Below are positions 1-14,018 of a DNA stretch of 64,000 nt, piece after piece. Location of the stretch: NCBI RefSeq assembly GCF_021028975.2, contig NC_059426.1, forward strand, positions 31,372,001-31,436,000, in the 5' to 3' direction. Every line of letters starts with the position of its first letter. The stretch's first letter is position 1. The notes beneath the pieces were generated by a model, which did not search any database, had not been told where the DNA came from, and saw nothing but the letters and a program-made list of their open reading frames with translations. The stretch is from Sphaerodactylus townsendi (taxonomy: Eukaryota). The position numbers were made by a program, and so were the translations under genes.

Positions 1-855
1 ATTTGGCCCCTCCCCTTTGACTGTAATTTTTCTTCTTTGGCCATGAAAGCCAGAGAGAGAGAGAGAGAAATATGCCTTTCATGATTTTTAAAATAAAATT
101 GGCACCTGTCTGCAGCATTCATCCCCAGTTGTGAGAAAGTAAAATACAAAGAACACATGAGATTGTTGCTTTTGTAGAACACAAGCTTTCATTCCTTTGG
201 CACCATTATGATAGCTTTGGATGCAAATATTAGATACCAAAAAAAAATACTTTTCTATCAATCTGCCAACACAATCCTTTTCCTGTTGTATCTGTGGAAT
301 ACAGAAATTCCACACAAAAGTTTCCTTGATGTCTAGTTAACAAAGACAGGAGTGAGTGTGATAAAGAATGGGTAAATTTGTCTCTTCAGTCCTTTGGTGA
401 GAGCTTAGCAGATGCTTGTTTTCATACATAAACCATCACCATGAAGTAAGAGAGATGACATTTTGTACTGTAGTGTGAAGTTTGGAAGTTCTGAGAAGAG
501 AAAAACGATTATTTCACAGCAAGGGTGGACCTCGTCGTCTGCCCTACCTCAGCCAATTCCAATAGTACTGGTTAGATGGACAGAATTTACTTCCTGCCAT
601 TATTCCTTCTTGTAAAGTCATGTCAGATGACTCACAGTCTACCACTGAAAAATAACAGCTAAAATAATATTTTCAAAATACAAGTGAAGACTATTAAGGG
701 AATGTTGTCATGAAGGAATTGTTGTCATGGAACAATTGAATCCTATTGTCTTAGCACTTCACAGAAATATGAGCATCTCCAATCCCTGATATACCCTTTA
801 AAATTTGACACCTGTTTGGAAATTGCACAACAGTGAAGTTGCCAATATCTCTTAC

Positions 856-965
856 CTGGTCCTGTTTCACATGTTATAGGAAATTGCTCGAGACATGGGA
901 TTGATTGGTTTGGATAAATCATTGTTTCTTGAACCCACCAGTATGGACGGTGACCAAATAAAATC
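856..965 (-). CDS. G6PC2: G6PC2 exon 2 (110 nt)
   Basis: Acceptor ctctggcag|G, donor CAG|gtaaga; encodes [10 protein letters not shown]...CETGP. Confidence 0.95.
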
Positions 966-1449
966 CTGCCAGAGAAAATACATTCTTTAATTAACATAGA
1001 AAACTCAAAACACTGTTCAGCAGCCAATCCTGGCATATTTTAAATTATTTCAGTTCTTCTTACTTGATAGCTAAATGAAAATCACCCGTATTTTGCTAAA
1101 GCGGAATTCTTAAAAATTTCCTGATGCGGTTTCGAAGAAAAAAGACTATCGACTCGTCATTCAAAGCCAACATATTAAAAGATCCCACATTCTTAATTTT
1201 ATTAAGTTTCCAGAGAAACAGCAGACCTTACCATTTAAATATAAGATTGAACCAATCACCGATCACTGCCACCCATATCATTTTTGTACCAACCACTGGA
1301 TTCAGCTGGAACCAGAGAGGAAAATAAATTAAAAAAATATTCCGAGGATCTCCGACGTGTGACATGAAATTTAAAAAACTCTGGTAAGACCTGTAATCCT
1401 TCTGCAAATGTTGAATTATGAGCACTCCATTACTATGGAGGAGATCCAT
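856..1449 (-). CDS. G6PC2: Glucose-6-phosphatase catalytic subunit 2 (IGRP), 5' part of the gene: coding exons 1-2; later exons lie left of the window
   Basis: Exons 1449-1232 and 965-856 splice in frame: [109 protein letters not shown]. Contains the PAP2 K-x6-RP motif. Synteny with SPC25 and NOSTRIN fits G6PC2 rather than G6PC1 or G6PC3. Confidence 0.96.
1232..1449 (-). CDS. G6PC2: G6PC2 coding exon 1 (218 nt)
   Basis: ATG at 1449; donor TG|gtaagg at 1231. Confidence 0.95.
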
Positions 1450-1584
1450 CCTAACCAGTTTCAAAAAAAATGTCCCTCAAGTGAAACGAGTTTCCCTTTG
1501 CTCGTTAGCTCAAACGGCAGAATTAAAAACCATGGAAGAAGAACAGTTACGGAGATGAAAGGGCTACCTGCCTGCTGGTTTTGC

Positions 1585-1800
1585 TTTTATATTGTCCATT
1601 CTAAAACATGTGACTCTTTGCAAAAGACGCACGAACCTACCCATTTTGGAGACCGGTGGGTGTGGGGGTTGCTGTTTGAATTAAAAGAAGGAAGCCGAGG
1701 GATGTGCTGATCTCCGGCAAACGGGCAGCAAAAGTGCGCAAATGCTACATACATGTCTTATATAATCACGGCAGGAACAGTTGGGCCGTGTTTACTTGAC
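1585..1800 (-). promoter_or_regulatory. G6PC2 proximal promoter (TATA box, E-box, MARE-like and FoxA motifs)
   Basis: TATAAAA on - strand at 1591-1585; CATGTG at 1607-1612; TGCTGAtctcCGGCA at 1705-1719; TGTTTAC at 1789-1795. Confidence 0.55.
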
Positions 1801-2811
1801 ATTTTTTGCACAGTTCATTTCTCCAAAGACTGGCCGTGAGTATATTTGATTAACTGCTACTGTGGCTGGTATAAAGACCAGGAGAATCATTGCTCTCCGA
1901 ATAACTCATTAGTGAGTCACATTTTTATTTGAAATCAGAAAGTGCCTCTTTTACTGAGCTCATCACGTAGCATAGCCTACGCCTTTACATTATGATCAGA
2001 TACTGGGAAAATACCTACAGCAACAAGATCCCTTTAAGTAGTCTTCCCAAAGAAGAGAGGGTTTGTGTGTGAGTGTTTGGGGGACCGGGGGGGGGGGGGT
2101 TGCTGTTAAATTTTGCACAAACCATTATGCTGGTCAAGAACATATCATGTACATTTAACAGAAGGCTACTATTAACAGTTCATGTTGAATTCTTCCCCAT
2201 AATCATATCATATCATAATGTAACCATGTAAATATTTTGAGTCTGGTTGGCAGGCAATGTGGAATTGGCATGGGTGAACACACAACTGATTGCATCAACA
2301 TTTTCCATCTTCTGGGCAGTCTCCTTTGTGTATTCCCTCGTCCAAGAAGGGATAGTGGCCTTGGGTCCAGAAGATCTCCTGGACTTACAACTTCTCTCCA
2401 AAGAGATCAGTTCACCTGGGGTAAATATCAGCTTTGGAGGGGGGACTTTGTGGTGTTATACCCTGCTGAGGTCCAGCCACCAAATCTCTGGGAATTTCCC
2501 ATCCTGAAGCTGTCGACCCTATCACAAACACTCTGGGTGGTGGTACCATCTCACGGCAAGCTTTAGGAAGCAGATATAAAACAGTTCTGTTTGAGAGGGT
2601 ATTTGCCAAAGCCCCTTTGAGGCTAACATAGTTATTCTGGTTGATGTTAGGGCTGTAATGCTATTGTTTTGGCTTTGTCTTTGCAGTGTACTTACTTTTG
2701 ATAAAAGTCGAGGTAGGCCATTTGGATCCCTCTTTGACAGGAGAAAGGCGTATTGAAAATATTTGAATGAATAAAATCACAAAACAGGGTAAATTATTTT
2801 ACACATTATGT

Positions 2812-3120
2812 AGAAGAAGAAGAGTGTGATTTATATCCCCCCTCTCTCTTCTGTAAGGAGACTCAAAGGGGCTCCTTTCCCTTACCACCTCCTTTCCCTT
2901 ACCACCTCACAATAAACACCCTGTGAGGTAGGTGGGGCTGAGAGAGCTCAGGAGAACTGTGACTAGCTCAAGGTCACCCAGCTGGCATGTGTTGGAGTGC
3001 ACAAACTAGTCTGAATTCCCCAGATAAGCCTCCACAGCTCAAGCGGCAGAGCGGGGAATCAAACACGGTTCCTCCAGATTAGAGTACACCTGCTCCTAAC
3101 CGCTACGCCACTGCTGCTCC
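2812..3120 (-). mobile_element. Squam3-like tRNA/CORE-derived SINE
   Basis: About 300 bp, tRNA-like head (GGAGCAGCAGTGGCGTAG), GGGTGACCTTG core, (CTT)n tail; near-identical copies elsewhere in the window. Confidence 0.85.
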
Positions 3121-4738
3121 ATATGTAGGAGAAAATAAGCCCAGAAGCCGTAGTGCTGAAGATACCATAGTGGTGGAAGAAATAAGTCAATGTTGGAATG
3201 CCTTTTGAGGTAGCAACCTCATGTTGAAATAACATGAAGTTTTACTGTAAAACATAGAGCTGGGGTCCCCAACATGGTGCTCCTTGGTTTGTGCCCACTG
3301 ACACCTTTTCTGGTACCTACCAGGGGTTTTTATGAAGTGGTAGCTGCTAGGTAGGGCTTTTGTCCAGAAAAGCTTCTGACTGATTATTGAAGCTTTGATT
3401 GGTTACACAGACCTTTTAAAATATTGCTTTGGCGGCAGTTGTTACCACAGCACAAGGATCGGCAGTGTATTGCTGAAGTTACATTGTGGCAATCAATTCC
3501 AAACATGTCCACAGGCTCAAACATGTCAGGGACCCCTTGTTCAAGAAGCTGTAGCGACTTCCAGTTGGATCCGGAAGATCCCAGTTGGAATTTGACAGCA
3601 AGGACCTAGAACTCCAAGGTCTTAGACCATACTTCTTCCGCTGATACCCATTGCTTTTGCTGTGACACAGTAAGTTTTGTCAGTTTCACTTGGGTGAAAT
3701 GATGATTGAGCTCTGTGTGGTTGTAGCTAGTAGCTATGGAGAGGGACAGCCCTGCTAATTCTCAGGCTCTTCATTGGTCCTAAGTACCTGCTTTTACCAC
3801 ATGGGGATGTATTCAGACAGAATATTCAGAAATGAAAATGAACATGATAAAATGACTGCATGGCAGCCTTGTCATAACAAAAATGAATGGGGAAACTGGT
3901 TTTAACTTGGTTGCTTTGTGAGCATTCAGGGTAGGAAAGAAAAGGAAGAACAAGTCTTATCAGCTGAATTCAAGAAATAGCAAAAAACACAGAATGTACT
4001 ATGAAGTCAATGCAGATACAAAGTGAACAGCCCAACTGTAACCCCTTAATTTTCAGGAGCACTCACTGTCCCAACTGGATGATCAGAACTGCGACTAATA
4101 ACAAAAACTAAAAGCCAATAATAGTGGTCTAGAATTGTTTCTTCATTAAAATATGAAGCCCACACCTTTTGAAAAGCTATACCATTTACAAGTTGTGTTT
4201 AATGGAAGAGTAAAAAACTACTGTGCATTTCAACATAATGTAAGACAGCACCTGATGAACTTAAAGGACCTCATCTACAGATAGCTAGTTGACATTTACT
4301 CGAGCCTCGATAAATGTGTTTGCAGAAGCCTTTTAGCAGATTCAGTCTAGGTTTGATGAAAAGTACAACAATGAGGATTTGAACCATTAATGCTCTGTTT
4401 CTGAGAGGTGTTTGTAATGACTCAGCTACTTGTTCTATCTCCTCCCGCCTACTATTTGTTAGGTCTTGATCCTTGAGTCAATAAGCAGTCTCTGGATTGT
4501 TGATCAGTACTGTTTGTTGGAAAGGTAAGGAAGCACCTGGCTTTTGCCCCCTTTCTTTATTCAGAAACAATCCTACCTCCCATTTTCCCAAAGAATGTAT
4601 GAAAGACTTATCGGTATTTGGCCTCGCAGTGCCCCAGGGCTGCCCCAGGGCAGGCAGGGCATGGCATAGTAGCAGAAAACCTGCTGCATGAAGAAGGCCC
4701 AAGGTTTAATTCCCAGCATCACCATGTAAAACCATATA

Positions 4739-4970
4739 CCGTGTTTCCCCGAATATAAGACAGTGTCTTATATTAATTTTTGCTCCCAAAGATGCGCTAT
4801 GTCTTATTTTCAGGGGATGTCTTATATTTCTGTATTCTGTTCATCAGGCATTCTTCCAAATAAAAACTTTGCTACGTCTTACTTTTGGGGGATGCCTTAT
4901 ATTTCGCACTTCAGCAAAACCTCTATTACGTCTTATTTTCCGGGGATGTCTTATATTCGGGGAAACAGGG
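4739..4970. mobile_element. Tc1/mariner-superfamily MITE (232 bp), nested in an older SINE (about 4655-5086)
   Basis: TIR CCGTGTTTCCCCGAATATAAGACA, TA on both flanks. Confidence 0.85.
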
Positions 4971-6066
4971 TAGTAGGTGATAGAAAGAACTCGGAGACCT
5001 TGGAAACGCCTGCCAATCAGAGGAGACATTACTGACCTTGATAAACCAATATTCTGACTAAGTATAAGGCAGCTCCATGTGTTCATTATTTTGCAGGAGA
5101 GCCATAGGCACAGACAGCTAGATAATCTCATTTTTTTTCACATGGTTTAAAATCAAAACTCTATAGCCAACAGAAACTAAAAGCTGCAAGTGAGCTTGTC
5201 ACTGAAATTCCTAGAGAGTCTTCTCTGTGTGGTTATAGAGAAGGTCTGAAGGTTGAACTGAAGTGGGATAGGTAAACTCACCCCTATCTAGCATGATGCA
5301 GTAAACTATTCATTTATGGGTCTTGTATGCTGCCTTCCCCAATGAGCTCATAACATTTCCATAATACATGAACAGAATAATTTGGAACATGACCAATATA
5401 ATACATTTAAAAACTATAAAGACATTAAAGACATTTTAAAATATTGAAAACTAACTTTATGGCGTTGGGAAAATAGTACTGGGGGGCAGGGCAGAGGAGA
5501 CCAGACTGATGAAAAATCATAGCCACCTCAACCATATGCCTGGTGGAACAGCTCTGTGTTACAAGCCCTGTGGAACTGCATCAAGTCCCACAGGGCCCTG
5601 GTCTTACAGGACAGTGCGTGTTCCATCAGGTTGGGGGTAGGACCAAAAGTCCTGACACTAGTTGAGGCTAGCTGGATGTCTTTTGGGCAAGGAACCACTA
5701 GTAGGTTTTCATTTGCAGATCGTAATGCTCTTCAGGGGCGTATCTGGAGAGATGGCCCCATAGGTTCGTTGGCCCCAGATCTTTTTGGGCTTTGAAGGTA
5801 AGTTCCAGAACCTTGAACCTGCTCTGGTATTTCACCTGAAGCCAATATAGCCGGCGAAGCACTAGTTGAACCAGTGTCCGACATGGAGTCCCTGAAAAGA
5901 CCTGAGCTGCTGCATTCTGCACCAGCTGAAGAAGAGCAAGTTGCAGTAATCTAGCCTAGAAGTGACTGTTGCATGGATCACTGGGGCAAGGTCGGTTTGT
6001 ACAGGTAAGGTGTCATTGTCTCACCTGGCATGGCTAATAAAATGCAAGTTACCTATACCACCTGAG

Positions 6067-6258
6067 CAGTGGTGGGATCCAAAAATTTTAATAACAGGTT
6101 CCAATGGTGGTGGGATTCAAACAGTGGCACCGCCGCACACACGCACCTCCAGTCCCTATTGGGCAGGGAGGTTGCTTTAGTAACCCCTTCTCGGCACTCA
6201 GAAAAAATTAGTAACCACTTCTAGAGAAGTGGTGAGAACTGTTTGGATCCCACCTCTG
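6067..6258. mobile_element. Non-autonomous hAT element (CAG(T/A)GGTGGGATCC TIR family)
   Basis: Perfect 8-bp TSD cacctgag; inserted in a degenerate LINE fragment (about 5500-6410). Confidence 0.88.
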
Positions 6259-8289
6259 CACCTGAGCCTCCATTGTCAGGGAGGCATCAAGGAATACCCC
6301 CAAACTCCTGACTTTAGGATTCCTGATTATAGATGCAAGATTCAACTGCATTCCATCAAGAGTTGGTAATTGGCATCTTCCACCTAAGCCTCTCCGTCCC
6401 AGCCACAGGGTGGGGGGTTAATTTTTATGCTATTTTATTGTTGTTTTAATTGTTATATTTTGTGATGTTTTATTATTGTTGTTGTTTTTAACTTGTGCAC
6501 CTGTGTCTACCGATACAGGTATGAGGCAGGGTATAAATGTTTATAACCAGCTAACTAATAAAAGTTTGTGTAATGGGTTTTACACCATGAAAGTGTTTTT
6601 AAGATTACAATGTAATTTCCTGGCAGTAAAAAAATGTTAAAACTGGCAACATAAAATATAAAATGCGAGCCATTAAAAATTAACAGGAGCAGAAAGCAAG
6701 TCAACGTCAATAACTCAAGATGGGAAAACCTTAACAGTTAAAAGCTTAGCTGATTTCACCAGTATCCTTACGTAATCTTCAGTCTTCCAATACAATTAGC
6801 AACCCTTGTCCAAACAGTCAGAGTTAGAAAGGTGCATGCCAGCTGTCTGGGGAAAGGATGGGGAGGGAATTAATTAATGAAAATAGATGGTGTGTAACTA
6901 ATGCAAAACACTTGCTGTGATTCAGCATAAAATCCCGCATTGGTTAAAAATAACTTATATTTTATGAAGAAACTACATTACAAAAGTATTCAGTTCCATA
7001 AAATCTAGTGGGCAGCCCACAGACTGTTGCAACACAAGTGTGGGTAATATTGAAATATACTTCATATTTGACAAGTTGAACTTTCCAAGAAAAGTTGGTA
7101 TTCTGTAAAACCATTGTGAGAATCCAGAGTGCCTCTGTATTGTTCAGATTAAAGCTTTTCTAAAATGTTAGAAGTTATTGAAGCTCCCAGAAGGACAAAG
7201 AAATCTCACTAATAAAACAGTCAGACAGAAAACAGGCATTTGATTTTCTGCTTTCTGTCTTTCATGTAAACCACAACCTTGTCATCTTCGTAACTTGTAT
7301 TTTATGTTTCATCCCACCTTGAATGTCAGGTATGAGAATTGGATAACTAAATCCTCTGCTTCTGCAAAGAGAACAGAGAAGCGGAAGCCGGAAGGGGCAG
7401 ATAAATGTCCTGATCCTACACTATTTGAGGCAGGGGTAGGAAACCTTTAAACCCCACTTTAAAATAAATGCAATGTCTACCTGTAGAAGTCATTGGTACA
7501 CTGCCCAACAAATTTGGGGAGATGAGTCAAGAGTTATACTTGGCCAGATACAACTTGCAGCCAGCCAAACCCTGGCAACATTCCAGGTAAGGGCATCAAG
7601 GTGAAGCCCTTGAATAGAGGTGTCATCCTTGAGGAAGGACCTAGAATAGGCTTGTTCATTCAGTAAAGCTGAATCAGCCAAAAAAAACCCATCCCAAAAA
7701 ACCCAAAAACCATATTTGGCATTAGAGCTTTTTCAGGTTTTTCTAGGAGCTGAATTCTGACTTGGGGGTGGGGGGGGGGGGGGGGGGGGTTCTAGGAACC
7801 GAATTTTTAAAAACTGGGGAAAAAATCCAGTGCCAACTAGTAAAAAAATAAATAACCCAAAAAAGGATTTCCACAAATCTCTCATTATTTTTAGAGATTT
7901 GGAAAATTCCTTCATAATAGCTAACACCATGATGTCACTTTGGGGTATGAAATTGGAAGTGACATCATGGTATAGCGCAATGGTTGTTTCCACAGTCTCC
8001 ATCCAATATTCCAAGGAGTTTCTGGGGTGGGGATGGCAACCCTAGATGTCAGTGCCTCGGTTGCTTGGTTGGAGATTTGGTATTGGTTGCTGAGCAAAAT
8101 GGTTGGTGTGCCATTATCAGGACACTTGGGATGGGGTAATGGTAGCTTGTAATGTTCCTTCAAACTTCTGTCTGGCTACATGTTACAGCCCTCATTCACT
8201 GGTAGGTTTTGGAGACCTCTCAAATAGGATACATGAAAAACCTTACAATCTTTTGAAGTCTGCACAGGGGAGTAATGCCCATTGGGCAA

Positions 8290-8870
8290 GGTGGGCATAA
8301 CTTTACCCCCCTGAACCAAATTGCACCAAGCTTGGGGGGGTGCCATCAGGACAGTCTCCAGATGATACCCTAAAATTTTGGTGCCAATATGTCCAAAAAT
8401 GCGCCCCCTGCAGGAACATCCCAGAAATTTGCCCAAGAATCTTTGTTCTGCATTGAGTTTTCTGTATTGCTGTCAATGGGGGTTGCAGGCTGGGGGGGGG
8501 GCACATTTCTGAAGGCACAGTCTCAAAGCTTTCAGGGTCTCATCAGAAGACTGCACTAATGATACCCCCCAAGTTTGGTGCTGTTTGGTTCGGGGGGGGG
8601 GGCAAAGTTATGGACCCTCAAAGGGCGTGCCCCATCCCCCATTCTTTCCAATGGGAGCTGAGATGGAGGCTGCCCTTTTGAGGGTCCATAACTTTGTCCT
8701 CCCTGAACCAAACTGCACGAAACTTGCAGGGTAGCATAAGGACAGTCTCCTGATGATACACTGAAATTTTGGTGGTGATTTGTCTAAAAATGCACCCCCT
8801 GCAGGTACCAATGACCTGGTGCAAAAAAAAATTTTGGTCATGGTGGGGTGGCTGCCAATGGGGCGGGTTT
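8290..8870. mobile_element. Fragment of the internal repeat module seen in the 16621 element
   Basis: Direct and inverted copies of ccataacttt..cccctgaaccaaa.tgcaccaa..ttggggg, as at 16790-17105. Confidence 0.7.
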
Positions 8871-9598
8871 TGCCCAGGGCTCCAGTTTGTCTCGTTACGA
8901 CCCTGAGTCTGCAATATTATTGGTTTGCAAAATGAAGCAAAAAAACTCTCTTGTGTATTCAATTCCTCAAACAACCAAACACAGAGGCATTCAAACCTTC
9001 TATTTTCAGGTTAACGTGGATTCTGTTCCACGTTTTCGAATGTAAAATGATTTTGCAAGGGTTGCTAGCCGAACGGATTGCAAAGAATAATCCAATATGG
9101 TGGCTACGCTTCCACCAATACCCGTCTCCCAACACCCATCTTCTGAGGTTCTCTAACACAGTTTGGAAAGAACTGAAGTAAAGCAAAAAAAAAAGCTCAT
9201 CAAAGTAAACATGTTGTGTCGGCTAAGATCATGTGTTGCTAAGCAAATGTTTGCAAGGAGAAAGAAAAGCAAGGATTAGCTGTATTAGCTGAAGTCCACT
9301 TACCTTTGGTACATGGCGTTCTTGGGTTTTTTGTTTGTTTTGTTTTGATGAAGATAGCAATGACATCAATTTCAGATTTCACAGTGTTTGCTGCCATTTG
9401 AGGAAGACTTGTGAGACCTTTCTGAAATATATGGTGCTTTTCTATGAGACAGAGTGAGGAATAGGTAGGGTTGCCAGGGACACCACATGGGGGGTGGGGG
9501 TAGGGTTGCCAATCCAAGCAGAGAAACTCCTGGAGATCTGGGGATTGAGTTTGGGAGGTACAGGGACCTCAGTGGGGTACAATTCCATAGAACCCACC

Positions 9599-9990
9599 CA
9601 GTGGTGGGATCCAAAAATTTTAGTAACAGGTTCCCATGGTGGCGGGATTCAAACTGTGCTGTAGCACCAATGGGGCTGGGCGTGGCATGACGGGGGCGTG
9701 GCTGGGAATTCCTGGGGCGGGGCATTCCTGGGCGGGGCTGTGGCAAGGACGCAGCCGCTGCGCCGGTCCTTGGGCGGGAAACAAATGCACGCAGGCTCAG
9801 GCTGCCACGCACGCCGGTGCACCTCCTGTTAGACTGCTTCAAGTTCTGCGCACTACTGCTGAGAGGAGGGGCGTAACTAAGGCAAAAATCACGTGGCAAA
9901 ATCACCAATTAGTAACCCCCTCTCGGCACACACAAATAATTAGTAACCTACTCTCGGGAACCTGTGAGAACCTGCTGGATCCCACCTCTG
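9599..9990. mobile_element. Non-autonomous hAT element, same family, CpG-rich interior
   Basis: TIRs; flanking duplication gaacccac(c). Confidence 0.88.
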
Positions 9991-10340
9991 GAACCCACCC
10001 TTCAAAGCATCCATTTTTTCCCAGGGGAATTGTTTCCAAGGGAACTGTAATTCCAGGGGAGTCTCACCTGGTGGATGGCATCCCTAGCAGTAGTTATTCA
10101 TACTAAAGTGAACACCATTTTTGCCTATTTTAATAAGAATAGAAAGAGGGGGGATTCAGAACTATAGGAATTTTTTTCCAGTTCAAAATGGTCACATTTA
10201 GATATTGCATTCACTCGGTCAATTTGGAAAGCTACAATACTTGACCTTCAACAGGAAGGGAGAATTGGCAACCAAGCAATGTTGAAATCCGTGGGAGGAA
10301 CCATCGCTATTTCTCTTTTAAAGCTTCTCACTGGTTATTA

Positions 10341-10644
10341 AGAAGGAGGAGGAGGAGTTTGGATTTATATCCCCCCTTTCTCTCCTGTAGGAGACTCAAA
10401 GGGGCTGACAATCTCCTTGCCCTTCCCCCCTCACAACAAACACCCTGTGAGGTGGGTGGGGCTGAGAGAGCTCCGAGAAGCTGTGACTAGCCCAAGGTCA
10501 CCCAGCTGGCGTGTGTGGGAGTGTACAGGCTAATCTGAATTCCCCAGATAAGCCTCCACAGCTCAGGCGGCAGAGCGGAGAATCAAACCCGGTTCCCCCA
10601 GATTAGATACACGAGCTCTTAACCTCCTATGCCACTGCTTCTCC
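10341..10644 (-). mobile_element. Squam3-like SINE
   Basis: Full-length copy with (CCT)n tail. Confidence 0.85.
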
Positions 10645-11539
10645 CTTGTTAACCCTTGTTAATTACCATGTTGTAGAATGTTACCAGAAAATCAACACTT
10701 TCACAGTCCTGGTCAGGGCTGTGTTAAGGCTCTGGTTGATCCTAGGAGCAGAATAAACCAGCGGAGCCCTGTGTTTAACTTTCCTTAAGTAGAAACAACT
10801 GTAAGCATAGTTTATATTGAAACAAAAATCATCTATGCCTTTTTGGCGCAGGTTTTCTTCAACATTAGGAGAAATGATCTCCCTGGTAAGAGAGAAGTGC
10901 TTCCACCTTGATCAGCAGATTACCACCCTTTCTAATACTTGTCAGTAGGGTTTTTCTGTGTGTTGTATCTTTCCCTCAAGATCAATTGTCACTGTAGAGA
11001 GTATTTCTGCAGTTGATGAAATAAGCATGTGGAGTATGTAAGTGAAGTCAAGAAGAGCATGTGATATGTGCCAGCTGCAGTTTTGTAATTTTTTTTACCG
11101 TCCTGTCCTAACCAAATGATGGCAGCCATGTCGGGTTTTTCAAGGTTTTGTAATAACAGTGATATCAGCCATGGATAGGCTTCCCACCTCCTCTTCTTGC
11201 CACCTCTCAGCTGGGAAGGAGGAGAGTGGTAAGTGCAGCCATCAGTATTGGCAGGGAAGAGCCATCGTTGTGATGTCGAGGACTCTCTAGTATGTGGCAA
11301 AATCATAGAGTTGGGGCTGAATGCTAGCACATCCCTAGTATCTTGATGTCATCACTTCCGGTCACTCTGGAAGTGATGTCATCACTGCTCCAGAAAAATC
11401 AGTACATTGATGCCAAGGTTGTACAAGAGCGCATTTGGAGTCTGGATCTTAAAAGCCGAGTGGAGATTGGGTGGTCAGCCCCATTTTAAAGTCTGGTACT
11501 TTTACCAATATACCAAACTAGTCCAAATTATGTAAACTA

Positions 11540-11771
11540 CCCTGTTTCCCCGAATATAAGACATCCCCTAAAAATAAGACATAGTAGAGGTTTTGCTGAA
11601 GTGCGAAATATAAGGCATCCCCCGAAAGTAAGACATAGCAAAGTTTTTGTTTGGAAGCATGCCCGACTTACAGAATACAGAAAAATAAGACATCCCCTGA
11701 AAATAAGACATAGCGCATCTTTGGGAGCAAAAATTAATATAAGACACTGTCTTATATTCGGGGAAACACGG
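11540..11771. mobile_element. Tc1/mariner-superfamily MITE (232 bp), inverted relative to the 4739 copy
   Basis: Same TIRs, TA flanks, same length. Confidence 0.85.
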
Positions 11772-13571
11772 TATGTAGGAAAGTGGAAAGCTTATCTGTT
11801 TGTGCCTTTTTCAAGGGAAATGGCCTTGATGAAAGTTGGAAGGTTGCCTCTCCTACTGTCAGTTTTGAGGTTCCTGAGTGAAAGGTATACTACCGCTCTT
11901 TGTGCTTGTTTGTTTAAAGCAGGCATATAATAGGTGCACTTGGTGTGGGATCTTTTGGCTCTTCCAGACCCGTTACTTGGCTATGTCTTTGCCTTTTCTT
12001 TCCAGCCACATTCATCCCTGGAATAAGCTTTCCCTAACCTAGTGGGACCTTCTATTCCCTGAAGCAGGGCTGACCTGTTTGGCAAGCTGCTTCTTTGTGT
12101 CTTTTGATAGCTGCTCTTTCTTTTGAAAAAGGAAGGTGCGATAAAGATAAATCAATCAGTTTTGTGTTAAAGCTGCCAGTCACATCCTTGTGAATAGATA
12201 AATGATAACTAAGCAACTGTTTGGAACTCTTGTACAAAATCAAGGTGCAAATAGTAGGTCCTGTCTGCAGGCACTTATGCAATGGTGAACTAACTGATGG
12301 TTTGGATCTGGATCAGTACTATAGAAGTTATTTCTGTAGTGATAGAAAGAGAGAGCAGCTTAGAGACCAACAAAATCCAAGATATAAGCTTTTGTGAATC
12401 AAAGCTCGTTCTGTCAGAGACTCATTTGTATAGTAATAGAAACTCCTAGCAGCCACTAGAGGTCATTAAATAATTCTAGTAAAGTTGCTTTAGTGTATAT
12501 GCTGAAATGGACCTTCCTTCCTTTCTTCCTTCCTTCACTATCAGTGGGTAACACACACCCCTTGCTGGCACTCCCTCATCCTTCTGCTAGTACTCACTGG
12601 TCTAGTGGTGTGGGGAATCAGGGGGAAATTGATGTTGAGAGAATCCCTTGACTCTATCTTTTTTACCATAGACATTAGGAGAAATTCCTCGAATGTCATG
12701 CAACCAAAGGCATAGCAAAGGGGGAAAGCACCCAATGCACTGGTGCGTCCTCCACCCTTGTCCCACCCCAGAATGCCCCCATCCCGCCCTGCCCTCGCCA
12801 CACCCCCGGAATGCCCTTGCCACACCCCCACAGGGGTACACGCCCAGTGCGTCACACCCCTCCCCCTTGGAGCTACGCCTGTGCATGCAACATGTTGATA
12901 TCTCCCTCCCGTTACCAGGAAAGGGCTGGCAACTCTATTCTTGCATGAAAATGGTAGATTGCTGTTAATATTTTGGTAATATTCAAAAAATCATTATGTC
13001 AGAAATCCTCCATCACCCCATCGTTATTTCAGAAATCATCCAACAACCCTAGGCAAGTATGATTATCATCCTATTTACAACGACGGAACCAAGGCTGAGA
13101 AAGAATGCTTTGCCTAAGGCCACAGTGAGTCCATGACAGAGACAGCCCTTTGAATTAGAGGCTTTCCTGAGGTCTTTATCAGTAGTACACTATAGGCTTG
13201 ATTTCTAGGGTTCCATTTGTCCACTTATTGCAGGAGACCACCAACCAATTGTAGCCATTGCCTGCTGACGTGAATCTTATTGGTGGGCAGAAACTGGGGG
13301 CAAAGGGGGGGGGGGGCAATTGTCCTTGAGAAAAAAAATTAGGAAAAAATATAAGGCCTTGGGCACTTATAGGAAGTTCTGATCATAGAGTTCCTGATGA
13401 TTCCTAGTACTGCCCAGAAGATAAGGGTAGATCTACAAACACCAGAAACTCTAAGGCATAGAGTATCTGATGATTGCTAGAGCTACCCTTGTCATTTCCT
13501 GAAAGCTCTAGCAACTACCAGGAACTTTACAGTCAGAACTTCTAGTAAGTAGTTGAGAGTGAGACCTTATG

Positions 13572-14018
13572 AGAACATAAGAACATAAGAACAAGCCAAC
13601 TGGATCAGACCAGAGTCCATCTAGTCCAGCTCTCTGCTACTCGCAGTGGCCCACCAGGTGCCATTGGGAGCTCACATGCAGGATGTGAAAGCAATGGCCT
13701 GCTGCGGTTGTTGTTCCCGAGCACCTGGTCTGTTAAGGCATTTGCAATCTCAGATCAAAGAGGATCAAGATTGGTAGCCATAAATCGACTTCTCCTCCAT
13801 AAATCTGTCCAAGCCCTTTTTAAAGCTATCCAGGTTAGTGGCCATCACCACCTCCTGTGGCAGCATATTCCAAACACCAATCACATGTTGCGTGAAGAAG
13901 TGTTTCCTTTTATCAGTCCTAATTCTTCCCCCCAGCATTTTCAATGAATGCCCCCTGGTTCTAGTATTGTGAGAAAGAGAGAAAAATTTCTCTCTGTCAA
14001 CATTTTCTACCCCATGCA
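13572..14018 (-). mobile_element. CR1 LINE 3' end (ORF2 C-terminus and 3'UTR)
   Basis: Encodes ..VDREKFFSLSHNTRTRGHSLKMLGGRIRTDKRKHFFTQHVIGVWNMLP..FKKGLDRFM; (TTCTTATG)n tail. Confidence 0.93.

Noticed and set aside
1450-1464. ORF-track N-terminal extension MKLVR of G6PC2
   Set aside because: It starts at TTG; the true start is the ATG at 1449, matching the known G6PC2 N-terminus.
9372-10106. 178-aa and 156-aa ORFs
   Set aside because: They lie in a GC-rich non-autonomous hAT element and show no transposase or other recognisable motifs.
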